DNA of 64,000 nucleotides from Babesia bigemina (Eukaryota): NCBI RefSeq assembly GCF_000981445.1, contig NC_027218.1, positions 3,224,001 to 3,288,000 of the forward strand, read 5' to 3'. Shown piece by piece: positions 35,348 to 47,503 of this stretch (position 1 is its first letter; each line of letters starts with the position of its first letter). The notes under the pieces were generated by a model. It saw only the letters and a program-made list of their open reading frames with translations, ran no database searches and was not told where the DNA came from. The position numbers and the translations under genes were made by a program.

Positions 35348-36258
35348 TTTGAAAGTTGTGTGCAACACTCAGCACGGTGCCACTCTGTCGATGAAGGCAG
35401 TTGGAAGCGCAGCCTGTATCTACTCCTTACACATACACCTCAAATAGCTATTGTTTGTATGCATACACGCATGGAGCCTGTTTTAGTTGGATGCTGATCA
35501 GTATATGATCCAGAAACAGCTAAAAAGATACCTCAAGATGAGACCCAAATCCTTTAACGAAGGCCCTTTAAGTCACCTAAGCAGAATTCACACATATACA
35601 GCGCATAAAACGTGTCCGTGTATAGTTAGAAGCTGTCCTTGGTTGCGTAAAGCCTGCCGAATTCTCAATGGCTACTTGTCTAGGATTCCACCGTGGTAGC
35701 TGCAACAGATATCCTCCGACTTCGATGAAGGTGCTTAGTAACACATAGCTATCCTTTAAAGCGATACGAAGGACGTCCAATGTGTGTATGTTGCCACGAC
35801 GTGAATCGCTAGGAATTCAGCAATTCTCTATACACAGCTGACCGAAGCCAGAATATCCCCGAAACTGACAAGTAGACAGATGTGTAACGCGGATCATGCG
35901 TCTGTGGTATTATGGGTACGTGGGAGCGGCCAGGTATTGCGATTTAGTCGTAAACAGAGTTCGCCGTGGTGACGCGGGGTTACTACCCTGAGTGAAGATA
36001 CGATGTGTGGTGAAATGTCGGCACTTGTTAACACACCAAGTAAAAGGGGATCTTGCAGTGATAAATCACCTAATGTGTGAGCAACGCATCGATTATACGC
36101 CTGTGTAATCGACGCCCGGAGCAGTTACGGACTTGGAGGCGATACGCCGCGACGTCTGTGAATTAGCCGTTCGATAAGGCAGCCGCAACAGGCACTCAAA
36201 GCACGACCCAGAAATGATGCTTAGACGTTAACAGGTTGAAAACAGACGGGCTGCTAAG

Positions 36259-39200
36259 ATGGAGACCGCCGACCGCAGTCGAGGACACACAGAGGGGCCC
36301 AGGCGCATAGAAGTGGTCAAGTTGGAGGCCTACCACGTCCTCTCCGCGCTTAAGGACCACCTCAGAAACAGTCAGAACACCACAAGCCTTGTGCCGGTAC
36401 TGGGCACCGACACCGGCTCAGGCAAGGCGCTGCAGGAGCCCTCCCTGACCAGGTACTTCAAGCTCCTCATAGTCAAGGGGGTGCCCAGCGAGGACATATT
36501 CCTCGACATTGCGCACATAAGGCCATTCCTGGAGGTCATGAAAACATGCGACTCGAAGCAGAGCAAGCTCATCATACTATGCGCGGAGGCTATCTCGAAG
36601 TTCACGCAGTGTGAAATCGCCAACTTCAGCCACAAGAATGCCCCGGTAGTGCTCAACACCACCTTTGAGGAGCTGCTGCGGCTCTTCTCCACTAACGTGG
36701 AGCCCAAGGAGGACCTGTTGACATTGAAGATCCTGAAGACGCTCTGCGACATACTGCGTTCAAAGGGAGGCAACCTGATCACGAACGAAAACATATGTGT
36801 CATGTTCAAAATGATCGCAACGCTGCTCACTGCGAGGCATAGGAACAGTGCGATGCGGAAGCTCATACACGACGAGGTCGTCAACCTGCTCCAGGCCTCG
36901 CTCGGGCACTACGACAAGAACGCCATCAAGCCGGCCAAACCGAAGGGGCTCTCGCGCAGAATCAGCAGCACTTTTATATTCATCAGCCTGCTGCTGGCTC
37001 AAAAGGCGTCGCAGCAATCTTTTAGCCTAAACGCGGAGGACTCGTTTCTCTCCCAGGAGGATAAGGACACAGCTGCCAGGTTCAGAAACGACTTCGCCAT
37101 ACTATCGCAAAACGTGATCTCGTTCCCCGCGCTGTGGAACGAATTCTGCACAGACGTCTGTGTGGTGGGACTGGACACACTCAACCAAACGATGGAGCTC
37201 GGGTCGCTTTACCACAGGCAGTACAACGCGGTGCTGCCGATAGTCCAAGTCTTTATAGCCAACTCCATATATCGCATGTGCTTCACGGAAACGCTGTCCC
37301 TGTACTCGCTGGTGCTGAGGTCGCTCAAGAACCTGCTCTTCTTCTTCAGGACGCAGATGAAGGCGCAGTTCGAGGCGCTGCTCACGCACATTATCGCATC
37401 TGTAGTGAACCACGTGCACGAGACCAAGACATATTCCTTCAAGCCAGACATCATCGAAATGAACATGGAGTTCATCGTAGACTTGTGTCACAACGAGCAG
37501 CTCATCATGGAGCTGTACGCGAACTACGACTGCGACGTCAGGTGCGCGAACATATCGGACGTGCTCATCAAGGGGGTCATAACCTGCCTGGTGCCTACTC
37601 ATGACTTCGACGCCATCGCTGGCGCAGTTGACCCTGTGAAGGCTAGGTTGGCGCACTCAATTGCACCCGTTAAAAGGAAGACCTCGTCGGGGTACACCAA
37701 AACAGCGGGCGAAGGCAACTGGGTAGTCAATGTGGAGTTCATGGCACTCAATGCGTTGCAAGGCATACTCAAATCGTTGGCGGCCGACACCATGGAAACC
37801 AAAAGCTCGCCGATTGCAGAGAAGGATTCACACTTTGTCAAACTCAAGCGGTGGAAGGACATGCTAAGAGAGGCTGCGGAGACGTTCAATGCCACACCTC
37901 TGGGAGATGGCTGGATACCGCTGGTAAAGAAAATAGGGCTGCTTCCGGAGAATCACACGCCGAAAGACGTGGCCACGTTCCTCAAGTGCATTCCTGACAT
38001 CGACCTTAAAAAGGTGGGAGAGTACCTCGGCACACACAAGAATCCGCAATTCATGGACCAAGTCAGGATAGAGTTTGCCAAGCTACACAGTTTCAGGGCG
38101 CTCCCGATTGTCATGGCGATCAGGATGTTCCTCTCATCCTTCAGGCTGCCGGGTGAGTCGCAGCAGATCGAGAGGATCATTGAGGTGTTTGCCTCCACAT
38201 ACTTCGAAGCGCAACCACTGGCCGATGACAGTGATGAAAAGGGTGATAACAACGGAAAGACGCAGTCGAACGAGGAACTGCCAGACAGCAAAAGGCCAAG
38301 GTGGGTTATACAGGAGAATGCCTTCTGGCAACTCAACTTTACCTCGTACGGGGTTGCAAACGTGGGGACGATAAACGATCATATCGCAGCCGAAGAAGAG
38401 GCGCCATACGAGCACTTCAAAAGACAATTCATGCAAAACGATATCGAAAACATACTTACCAACGAGCGAATGAATCTTGTCACTGAGGCGATCAAAGACG
38501 ATAGCATCGTAGCCAGCATGCAGCTGACACAAAATGAAACCACACAAGAAGACGATAGCAAGACCGCAAAGAACAGGGATGCGGGCGTTGTAGAGGGGCT
38601 TGTGAAGCCTGGATTCGCATATGTAGCGAACGCCGACGTCATTTTCGTCCTATCGTACTCAATTATCATGCTCAACACTGATCTGCACAACTCGCAGATC
38701 AAGAAAAAAATGAAACTGGAGGACTTTATCAGAAACAATAAGGGTATAAATAACGGTAAGAACCTGCCGTTCGAATTCCTCGAGGACATATACACGACCA
38801 TCAAACATCACGAAATTAAGCTTCACAAGGCATCCGAACAGGTTGAGGCGGTCAAGTACGACAACTTCTTCTGGGTGGACCACGTGCTACAGAGGCAAAG
38901 GCTTATGTGCAGCTTCAACACGGATCTTTGGGCCTATGGGTGGGGAATAAAGCGCAGCATATTCCAACTCCTATGCAAAAACCGATTCCACCACGCACTC
39001 AACACGGCCCTCGTTGGTTCACAATCGATTTCTGGACTCAAAAGGTGTATACGCATGATATGGCTCTTCATGAGAGTTGCGTTGAAGTTCGAGGAAAAGG
39101 GGGTCATCAACCAAACTTTCCAACTCTCGAGCATCAGCATCGATGACACCATCGGTTACAGGTGCCAGCTTTCACTGGCGTTGCTGCTGAATGTGATTGC

Positions 39201-42030
39201 CACTGCGTCCAACTTGTTCGACGAGGCATCCTGGGTAAAAGTTATGGATACCATAATCAAGCTTTATTACCTCAACCTGTTGCCCCTCTCCTTTGCGGCC
39301 TTGGATATCGATGCGCACGTGTTCGGTAACTGCAGTGCGCTGACGGATGCCCTGGTGCCCCCTACCATCCGCTTCAAGCGCAACCTGGACGCGCGAAGAG
39401 GTGCCGGGTGGTTAGGAGGATGGACTAACTTCATGTTCGGCAAACCGGTGGCCACAAATAGCGCCGAACAGAGCGATATGGGTGATTGTGATTTCGATGA
39501 GCTTGCAAAGCTCAGCTTACAACGTTCAGATTCGCAACAGGCATCCAACGAACAGTTCCTCTTCCTCTGTGACGTCCAGTCGACCTGCGACGTGCCCGTG
39601 GAAAATCCCTACTTCAATGTAGACCTTATCAAACGCGGGGTCAATCCGATACAGTCGAAGGAGGACGAAGACGCCATCAAGGAAGTGACGCAGGCGTTCG
39701 GCAATGACTCCGACAGGGAGGAGCTGCTGCCACAGGTGCTGGCTTACATGAACCTTAGGTTGGCATTCCTGAACATATACAATGTCAACAGCCTATTCCT
39801 TGGAGCGACGACGAACGTGGGTAGCGAAAACTTCTTGACCGTTATGAAGGTCATCGCATGCCGCATTGTCGAGGTTGCAACAAAGGACAAGGAGACGCCA
39901 ACCGTCGCAAAGCCGAACGGCGCACCGAGCCAACCGTCGCAGGGATCGGCAAGCTCAAAAACGGAAGCAAACTTATCGCAAGAAGGGTCATTGCTGGAAC
40001 CGTGCCCCAAAGAGATAAAGAACTTCAACAGCAAAGCGGAGCCCGCGTTCTTTTTGGGCATATTCACGAAGGTCTGTATCACCGTATTCGACAGCACCAA
40101 GCAGGTTATTAAGCGCAACGGGGGAGCGCTAAGCAAGGAAGATGATGCCAAATTAAAGATCAACGTGATGTTCACTGTAAAGGTCTTCCATCTTATGGCC
40201 AGCACTCTCATATTCCGCGACGCACTGGAGCACATACCAAAACCGGATGATGTTCTCGAGGTTTTCGGACTCTTGGAGGGCGAGGAAATATATGAACAAA
40301 TAGCTGACGACGAGAATTTAGCAATGTTGCTGAATACCACCGAAAAGCTGGTGAAGGCTGTCAAGAGTGACACTGTCCTGTCATCCTATTTGTGTATCAT
40401 GATGCTCAAGCTGATACTCTGGTTCACGCAAAACTCCCAGTACGATGTGGTTGTGTTCCGCGGTAAACGTAACTCCAGCGACGAAAACGATTCCACAAAT
40501 GGGTCGGTCGGAAGTGACGCTAAGGGTAACGCAACTTCGGCTAAGGAGTCAACGGATGACATGAGTATTAGGTGGTCAGACATGTGCTTATGGCTGGGTG
40601 CATGGTTGCTGCAGATGCTCATACACTTCGAAAACAGAGTCTTCTACAACCACATTGAACCCACCGTAAAGGTCATATCGAGTATAGCTACAAGCAAGGT
40701 TATCGCACGAAACAACTACTTCATGAAGGTCATGATGGCCGCTTTCCAGAGAGTCACCAACCACAGCCTGCCGTTTGCAAAGGACGTTACAACCGCGATG
40801 CCCGGGGCGGCTCGGATCAGGCGGATACAAAACTCGGTGGCATCTGTCCTGCCCATTGTCATGCGAAACAACAAATGTCTAGTCAAATATGAGCCACATG
40901 TCATGGCGAAATATGTGGTACAGATGTTGCTCTCACTGGCCATTTTCAGCGGAGATGGTGACGACGTTAACGACGATGACCACAACCGGGGGATAGTGGC
41001 AATACAAATGCTCATCGAAATGAAATCTTTCGCCACAAATGAGGACGTCGTTGAGGCCCTGTGGTTGTACGCAATCCATGCGCTCGCCATCATGTGTTCA
41101 ATGGGGCCGCAGCGCATATACTTGGAGGCCAACAAGGCGCTCAACAAAATATTGCTCAAGGAGGCGGCACCAAAAGGACGATGCAAGACTATTACACGAG
41201 TTGTGAGGATATTCGACTACCTCCTGGCGCCGATCCTCACGAACAATTTCCAGTACCCATTCATGTACCACATGGTTGCACTACCGCTGAACAAGATGCC
41301 GCCCAAAATCGCAAACGCGCGCCGTGGCAATTGGGAGATTGTCGGGCCGTTCAGCAAAAATATATACAGTGTACGTAAATGCCCTGTGTGGATGGAAAAT
41401 GTCGTGACGGAGCATCTGGCGTCCTACAGTCTCCCAGACGTCGACGACATCAACACCCGCAGAGCGGAGATGACCAGCCTCATCTGTCAATACATGCTGG
41501 CAAACATGTCCACACTGAGCACCATGGAGCTGGGAGCTGTGGAAATTAAGAAGGTGAAGGAAACAGCAAGCAGCTTGGAGTACCTGCTCTACACGTCGGA
41601 TCAGAAGATCTGCTCGCAGTCGTGTGTCAAGAGGCTGATAACGATCACCAACTACATTCTCAATGTGATCATACCGAGCAACGGGGAGTACTACACGGAG
41701 ACAACCAGCGACACGTACTTGGAGTCACTCAAGAACTTCCTCCTGGTGCTCCTCACCTCACCGGAGCTCAAAAGCGCCGACCAGGGCTGTATTCAGCACT
41801 TCAAGAACGACGGGGAGCTCAAGCAGTGTCTGGAACTTGTAAAGGACTCAGTGGACATGACGTCAGCCAGCCCAGGGGAATACGCCCTCGCTTCGCTCTT
41901 GGCCCACACATTCTCCACAACGGATTTCCTCAAGGAGCTGTTCCTGGATATACTGAGGGTGGTGTTTGCAGCTCCACCGCCGCAAGCCGATAAGGTGGAA
42001 GAAACGGCTGAGCAGGCAGCCGAAAGCTAA
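36259..42030 (+). CDS. large Sec7-domain ARF guanine nucleotide exchange factor (GBF/BIG-like)
   Basis: HUS box ELYANYDCD, Sec7 motif 1 FRLPGESQQIERIIEVF, motif 2 VLSYSIIMLNTDLHN; single 1923-aa ORF. Confidence 0.95.
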   Translation: METADRSRGHTEGPRRIEVVKLEAYHVLSALKDHLRNSQNTTSLVPVLGTDTGSGKALQEPSLTRYFKLLIVKGVPSEDIFLDIAHIRPFLEVMKTCDSKQSKLIILCAEAISKFTQCEIANFSHKNAPVVLNTTFEELLRLFSTNVEPKEDLLTLKILKTLCDILRSKGGNLITNENICVMFKMIATLLTARHRNSAMRKLIHDEVVNLLQASLGHYDKNAIKPAKPKGLSRRISSTFIFISLLLAQKASQQSFSLNAEDSFLSQEDKDTAARFRNDFAILSQNVISFPALWNEFCTDVCVVGLDTLNQTMELGSLYHRQYNAVLPIVQVFIANSIYRMCFTETLSLYSLVLRSLKNLLFFFRTQMKAQFEALLTHIIASVVNHVHETKTYSFKPDIIEMNMEFIVDLCHNEQLIMELYANYDCDVRCANISDVLIKGVITCLVPTHDFDAIAGAVDPVKARLAHSIAPVKRKTSSGYTKTAGEGNWVVNVEFMALNALQGILKSLAADTMETKSSPIAEKDSHFVKLKRWKDMLREAAETFNATPLGDGWIPLVKKIGLLPENHTPKDVATFLKCIPDIDLKKVGEYLGTHKNPQFMDQVRIEFAKLHSFRALPIVMAIRMFLSSFRLPGESQQIERIIEVFASTYFEAQPLADDSDEKGDNNGKTQSNEELPDSKRPRWVIQENAFWQLNFTSYGVANVGTINDHIAAEEEAPYEHFKRQFMQNDIENILTNERMNLVTEAIKDDSIVASMQLTQNETTQEDDSKTAKNRDAGVVEGLVKPGFAYVANADVIFVLSYSIIMLNTDLHNSQIKKKMKLEDFIRNNKGINNGKNLPFEFLEDIYTTIKHHEIKLHKASEQVEAVKYDNFFWVDHVLQRQRLMCSFNTDLWAYGWGIKRSIFQLLCKNRFHHALNTALVGSQSISGLKRCIRMIWLFMRVALKFEEKGVINQTFQLSSISIDDTIGYRCQLSLALLLNVIATASNLFDEASWVKVMDTIIKLYYLNLLPLSFAALDIDAHVFGNCSALTDALVPPTIRFKRNLDARRGAGWLGGWTNFMFGKPVATNSAEQSDMGDCDFDELAKLSLQRSDSQQASNEQFLFLCDVQSTCDVPVENPYFNVDLIKRGVNPIQSKEDEDAIKEVTQAFGNDSDREELLPQVLAYMNLRLAFLNIYNVNSLFLGATTNVGSENFLTVMKVIACRIVEVATKDKETPTVAKPNGAPSQPSQGSASSKTEANLSQEGSLLEPCPKEIKNFNSKAEPAFFLGIFTKVCITVFDSTKQVIKRNGGALSKEDDAKLKINVMFTVKVFHLMASTLIFRDALEHIPKPDDVLEVFGLLEGEEIYEQIADDENLAMLLNTTEKLVKAVKSDTVLSSYLCIMMLKLILWFTQNSQYDVVVFRGKRNSSDENDSTNGSVGSDAKGNATSAKESTDDMSIRWSDMCLWLGAWLLQMLIHFENRVFYNHIEPTVKVISSIATSKVIARNNYFMKVMMAAFQRVTNHSLPFAKDVTTAMPGAARIRRIQNSVASVLPIVMRNNKCLVKYEPHVMAKYVVQMLLSLAIFSGDGDDVNDDDHNRGIVAIQMLIEMKSFATNEDVVEALWLYAIHALAIMCSMGPQRIYLEANKALNKILLKEAAPKGRCKTITRVVRIFDYLLAPILTNNFQYPFMYHMVALPLNKMPPKIANARRGNWEIVGPFSKNIYSVRKCPVWMENVVTEHLASYSLPDVDDINTRRAEMTSLICQYMLANMSTLSTMELGAVEIKKVKETASSLEYLLYTSDQKICSQSCVKRLITITNYILNVIIPSNGEYYTETTSDTYLESLKNFLLVLLTSPELKSADQGCIQHFKNDGELKQCLELVKDSVDMTSASPGEYALASLLAHTFSTTDFLKELFLDILRVVFAAPPPQADKVEETAEQAAES

Positions 42031-42448
42031 CAAGGCCGTACGGAGCGTGTAATGTCGTACACAGGTCCACGTTAATAAATCGAGTGTACAAGTCTCGTCA
42101 ATATATGTTTTCTATTGCCAATATGTGCAATTAATTCAACTTGGTTGCGCTATCAAGCGATGGTGTTACGGATGTGTAAAATACGCGTTCATTGCAGCAT
42201 CTGATGTGCGGCCGGTAAACGCGAATGTCTAATGGGCCGAAATACACATTTGACGCTGTCTTGGCTCATGCTAAATTACAACACTTGTTCCTCGTAATGT
42301 AGGCTTAGTTACGGTGATTATATTGCCGAAACTGTATGTCATAGCTGGTAGGCCTGTGACTCGACGCTGGGTTTCGAAGGGTCGACAATCTTGTAAAATT
42401 GCGCACAACATACGCTGTATGTGTTGAATGTAGCCATAGTGGCACTTT

Positions 42449-43765
42449 ATGTGGTTCAAATGTCGTTTAACAGCAATTGTGTTGCTATCACAGGTGAATG
42501 AAGACGTTAGAATGGCCTGCAACGTAATCGCCGGTCTGATGAAAAGACCGTCTCTACACCTCATCTCGGTTCTTTCATCTTGGAATGCCCGATTAAACCT
42601 GAACGGTGGAGTTGGTTGTAATAGCATTGCAGCTTTCAGGGGCATGCAAAATTTGGCGGCTATAAAGCAACTCAGAAAAGTCACAAATGCAGGAGTAGTG
42701 GAGTGTAAAGAAGCTCTAAGCCGTTGCAATGGGGTTAGTTTGCAGGCATAAATGTCTGTACGCATAACGTGATATGTGCGTTGGAGTGCGTATATCTTCA
42801 TGTCGCACTGCAGTTGCATTCGTATTTATGGATTTATCACGCTGCAGGATCTCGACGCAGCGATTGCGTATGTGCGAAGGGCGCAGCATAACCGTCAGCT
42901 CGAAATTGACACAGAAAGACCAGTATTTGGTATGTTTAATTTTCTAGTCCCGAGTATAAGCCTTCATGTAGGTAAAATTGCTATTCCAAGCGACATACGA
43001 ACACGAGAAAAGTCGGTGATAGTGGAGTTGTGCTGCAACTGTGACTTCGTAACGTCGAGTGACAAGTTTGCGCAACTCGCCCACGACATCAGAAGGACCA
43101 TCCAACGGTCCATCGATAATAGTCGCATCAACGTCACTCACTCGAACGCTACAAAGGCAGCTGCACCTTTAGATATTGGGTCGTGCAACGACATTATATC
43201 TGACGGTGACGATGGTCTTACAGTGAGCCAAATGCTACAACGATCGTCTGCGGAATTCAAGACCAAGATCGTTATGCCTACCGTTATCGCTTTCCAAAGA
43301 AATCTTCGAAACGATCATGTTGGCATATATGTGCATCAAAAGACAAGCACTGGGGAGGGAGTGATGGGCTCTATTCTAGGTCTGGTCAGCCTAAGACACC
43401 ATGGCGTTAACGCCACGCTGTCCAACCACCTTTCGGACACCCTTGGAGATATCGCACGGCATCTTGCCATTCAAATGGTGTGCAATCCATTGAACACCGA
43501 ACAATGGCAAACCGAGGAAGGCAGGCCATACAGAATGGCCGATGTGAACCACATTCTTCAACAACCTTGGATGCATCTGGACTCCGTGCAATCAAAAATG
43601 CATGATATTGCCACTAAAGTGGGACTTGGGAAGTGCGATATAGACTCTGAAGCTTCCGTAGGACGAACGCTAGATGAAATAGCGAAGTTAATAGGCGCAG
43701 CTAGCATAACTGTGCCGGGTGCGCTGTACATGAAGTCAGGCGCAACACCGGTGATATGTGACTGA
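42449..43765 (+). CDS. tsf: organellar translation elongation factor Ts (start uncertain)
   Basis: IKQLRKVTNAGVVECKEALSRCNG / DLDAAIAYVR joined by intron ~42734-42847; VELCCNCDFV motif; N-terminal extension. Confidence 0.8.
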
Positions 43766-44656
43766 TAAACGAACCCATAAATCAATTTGGATGTTAATAT
43801 ACCATTCATAATCTCTTAACAAGTGACGCAGTGTTACAGTAAAAGTACACGCCAATCTGCCACTAATCTCGAACAGACTTCCTGCCTAACCACGCGTATT
43901 ACATGTTGTAGTGCCTCTAAGCTCTATGTAGTAACTTTATAACCTGTTATTAAAGTAGTGCGGTATTTCATTAACCTTTCTTGGTTTTATCGACCATGCT
44001 GTTATGAAAGAAATAAGTGCAATTCGTATCACCTTTAGCAGTTGAAACAGGCTTGCTATCTACAACATCTGGTAGCTATCACCACATTATATCTCTTTGG
44101 GTGCTTGCCGATGTATGGAACGTCGGTGATATCCGTCTCAGAAAAGGTTCTTCATGCCACCGGCGGTAGCAACCAGTGAGGCCCTTAGTACTAATTTTCT
44201 TCACGAAATTGTGACTCATAACTGCAATATCTAAACTATATTCGTGTTTATGGTCATTAATGACGACTTGTACCGCAAATTATAAGGAGCTAATTTAGTA
44301 GAGATTTACGTCTTCAAAAACAAATACAGTGCCTCGATGAATGAACTTTTGTGCTGCATTTTGCATTGATCGCTTTCTAAGTGTCAAAAATTCTAAGTAT
44401 TGGTATAACGTATTGGCCTCATTGATATGTTGTTCCGGTTCGAGACGTGACGGAAAATTCTTCGGCGACTAGCCAAACAGCTGCTGCTCCAGTTGTAGAC
44501 ATAACGCTATACAAAAAATTATTACGGCTTGTTTATGCTTCCTGGTGTCTGCTATATCGGTTGCTGTGCTTTAAATGCCATGTTTTGTGAAAACGGTTCT
44601 ATGATTGAATGACAGTGACGTCAACGCAATTAATTACAATTTACAGTTTTCCAGTT

Positions 44657-47503
44657 ATGAACCTGATACTGGCGCTTTGCGCAATATGGTTGCATTGTAT
44701 TACGCGTTGTAATGCACTGCGTTGTGACTTTGCAGATCCAGATGGGTTACTTACGGACAATGCTATCTCTAGATGCCACGTGAACATCGAATACTTTGGC
44801 TCTGCAACTGTAATCTGTCCACGTAAAGTCGATGGCACCGAGTATGTCTTGCATCCTCGACCGAATTCGTATGAAAAATCCGACCTCAACACTTACGTGG
44901 GTCATGATGGTGGATTTCGTTCCGTTAATCTTAACAAAGTAATCGTGACAGATACCCCAGCTGAATTTGCATCAGTGGTATTGGATCAGTCGCAAACAAC
45001 CATACATATAAATTTGTCAGTCGTCGGACTCTTTCACATGAATGAGCGCCGTCTGATGTTCATCTGTGGACCTCGAGATTTGGATTTTACTAATGCATTG
45101 CAACGTCAACTTGATCGCCTCAACCGCGCCATCCATATGGAAGAAATACCTTGGGAGCCAACAACAGCGTTGACTGAGGAGATAAAGAAAGTAGGAGGTG
45201 GATTGGGAGTCTTTTTCCTATACAGAGGGAACGCGCATCTGCCACTGCAGGGTTGTGGGAGCCGTCCTTCTCCACTATTTGCAGCCCATCATGAGGCTAC
45301 TGCAGATGACACCAGTGAAGTAACTTCATGTGTGGTGGATCCCATGACGGAGTCACGTATCGGATTTCTTTGCGAGGGCCGTCTTGAACCTGAGGATTGT
45401 ATGAAATGCCTTATTGACCCAAACGGCGAAAACGTAATACCTCCTACGCCGCACTTGTATATGGAATTCGATCACAATAGACCTTGGGTAGTGGCCAAAT
45501 ATTTCAAAGGATTTGACCTGCCGCCATTCGGTGGAGAATGCAGATGCATCGATCCCGAGACAGGTGACGTAAAGGCAAAGATAGAGATACGTACTAAAAC
45601 AGATTACGTTTGTGACATTGCCAGCATGATATTCCGCAATCGGGTGCGACCCATCAGTGGACATTGGTGTTCGGTGGTACTTCATCCAGGCAGCACATTG
45701 ACCATAAGGTTTCCCGCACAGGCTGTGGATACGGGGCCCTCCGACAATAATTCATCAGCTAGTCTAGTCTTTAAGAGGGCTCCCAAGTATTTATTCAAGA
45801 CCGACATCTCGCCGAAAGACCTGAACATGCTGCGGCAACTTAATACGATATACGAAATTGATGTTTACGACGAAATCTTGCACCACAAAGTTATTGCCGG
45901 CGACGCTCTCGAGTTAGATGTATCCCAAATATTACGGGGTGAAATGAAGCTGACGTATCATCCGGGCAAGCCCCTCGCATTAATAGCTGGCACAAACTCG
46001 TTCTTTTTCCACTGGATACTGAAGGCTATAAATAAGTATACATTTAAAAGCATAACTGCCGCTGTGAACATCTCGTTTGCGTTTACGCATAATTACAGGA
46101 TTTTAGGGTGCGAAAGTGGTGCAGAAAGCGTATTCGACCCTGACATCAGCAGGACGCATTGTTCGACCAAATCCATGGGAAATGGAATAGGTAATGTTTA
46201 CGAGTGTACTTTCCCCATTGAGTGGGGCAATTTGAACACTGGAATTCACTGCCAACCAGATGGGGAATTGTTACCCAATAACTGTGAGTCCACAGGATAC
46301 GACCTGTACTCAAACAGCATTATTCTATCACCTGAACCTGTACGTCATGTGACACCTTACCCTATTCCAGGTTTTCAGGTCTTCGACATTCAATTGAACG
46401 ACGATACCCCTATCAGTTATGCCTGCGTATGTGTCGACCAATTTGGATACGAAACCTCTAGACTTATTCTAGAGCGAAACAAAGAGTACTATCATACCTA
46501 TCATGTCTTCCGCCAAGAGGATGCCTTTACTTTCCCCCCTTACGTGCTGATCCCCTGGAGCGATGCGGACTTATCGAGTGACGGGCTTTCTGTACCTAAA
46601 TCGCCTATGATTCGAAACATATCGCCGGAAACAGTTATACTACATGTGGGGACAAGTCTGTTCATGCATTGTTATCCCGGGGAGCAGAATGTTGGAAATA
46701 ATGAAAGGATAACAACTACATGGCTTCCCAGAAGGTTTGAATTGTTTTATTACAGCATTAACGATACGCTTCACGGATATGAGCTTACACGTAACAAATA
46801 CGAAAATTCAATATCTACCACTCCAGGTGCCTTGGATTTTACATATTTGACTATTGGCGGAACCACTGTGTATCAAACAATGGTGCTCACATCTCATAGA
46901 AGTGCCATTATTATATCTAAGCACACGACTCACAAGCAATTTGTGCCCATTACATTTGTATGCGGCAAGACGCCCGAAACATCGGACTTGTCCGTCACTG
47001 ACGATGTGACCACCACAAAAGATTATCCGCGTTCTGGTTCGGATGTAATGGAATTGTCAAAAGGATATACGTGGAACGTAGTTAAAATTTACATCGAAAC
47101 CACAGACCCGTATATGCAGGGCTGCGGTGTTACGTCCTCATCCGATAAGTTGTTCAAGCCTGAAACACACAAATTATACGACGACAATGGACAGGAAATC
47201 GGCTGCATGATTGACCTTCAATTCGCACGCAAAGCGGCTTTCTACTGCCCAGTACCGTACGTCCTAGAACCATCCTATTGCTTCGACGAAGTGTTAGTGG
47301 ATGGAATAATCAAAAACATAAGCGAGATTAGTCAGTCGTTAGTAGCATCTCGAACTAATCATTTTGTCACACTGAAGTTCGATAACAAACTCGTAGGAGC
47401 TGGCGAAACGCTGCGCCAGACGCCGCCGTTGGAGTGTCGCTGCGTCACCATCAAGGGGGTCATTTTATCCACCATCCAGATCGAGAACTACTACGCCAAG
47501 TAA
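44657..47503 (+). CDS. secreted 6-Cys (s48/45-like) multidomain protein
   Basis: Signal peptide MNLILALCAIWLHCITRCNA; repeated Cys-spaced beta domains with LQGCG, ILGCE and YMQGCG motifs; no hydrophobic C-terminus. Confidence 0.7.
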   Translation: MNLILALCAIWLHCITRCNALRCDFADPDGLLTDNAISRCHVNIEYFGSATVICPRKVDGTEYVLHPRPNSYEKSDLNTYVGHDGGFRSVNLNKVIVTDTPAEFASVVLDQSQTTIHINLSVVGLFHMNERRLMFICGPRDLDFTNALQRQLDRLNRAIHMEEIPWEPTTALTEEIKKVGGGLGVFFLYRGNAHLPLQGCGSRPSPLFAAHHEATADDTSEVTSCVVDPMTESRIGFLCEGRLEPEDCMKCLIDPNGENVIPPTPHLYMEFDHNRPWVVAKYFKGFDLPPFGGECRCIDPETGDVKAKIEIRTKTDYVCDIASMIFRNRVRPISGHWCSVVLHPGSTLTIRFPAQAVDTGPSDNNSSASLVFKRAPKYLFKTDISPKDLNMLRQLNTIYEIDVYDEILHHKVIAGDALELDVSQILRGEMKLTYHPGKPLALIAGTNSFFFHWILKAINKYTFKSITAAVNISFAFTHNYRILGCESGAESVFDPDISRTHCSTKSMGNGIGNVYECTFPIEWGNLNTGIHCQPDGELLPNNCESTGYDLYSNSIILSPEPVRHVTPYPIPGFQVFDIQLNDDTPISYACVCVDQFGYETSRLILERNKEYYHTYHVFRQEDAFTFPPYVLIPWSDADLSSDGLSVPKSPMIRNISPETVILHVGTSLFMHCYPGEQNVGNNERITTTWLPRRFELFYYSINDTLHGYELTRNKYENSISTTPGALDFTYLTIGGTTVYQTMVLTSHRSAIIISKHTTHKQFVPITFVCGKTPETSDLSVTDDVTTTKDYPRSGSDVMELSKGYTWNVVKIYIETTDPYMQGCGVTSSSDKLFKPETHKLYDDNGQEIGCMIDLQFARKAAFYCPVPYVLEPSYCFDEVLVDGIIKNISEISQSLVASRTNHFVTLKFDNKLVGAGETLRQTPPLECRCVTIKGVILSTIQIENYYAK

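Noticed and set aside
38220..38620. Intein in the Sec7 insertion
   Set aside because: No terminal His-Asn followed by Cys/Ser/Thr, and no recognisable intein blocks.
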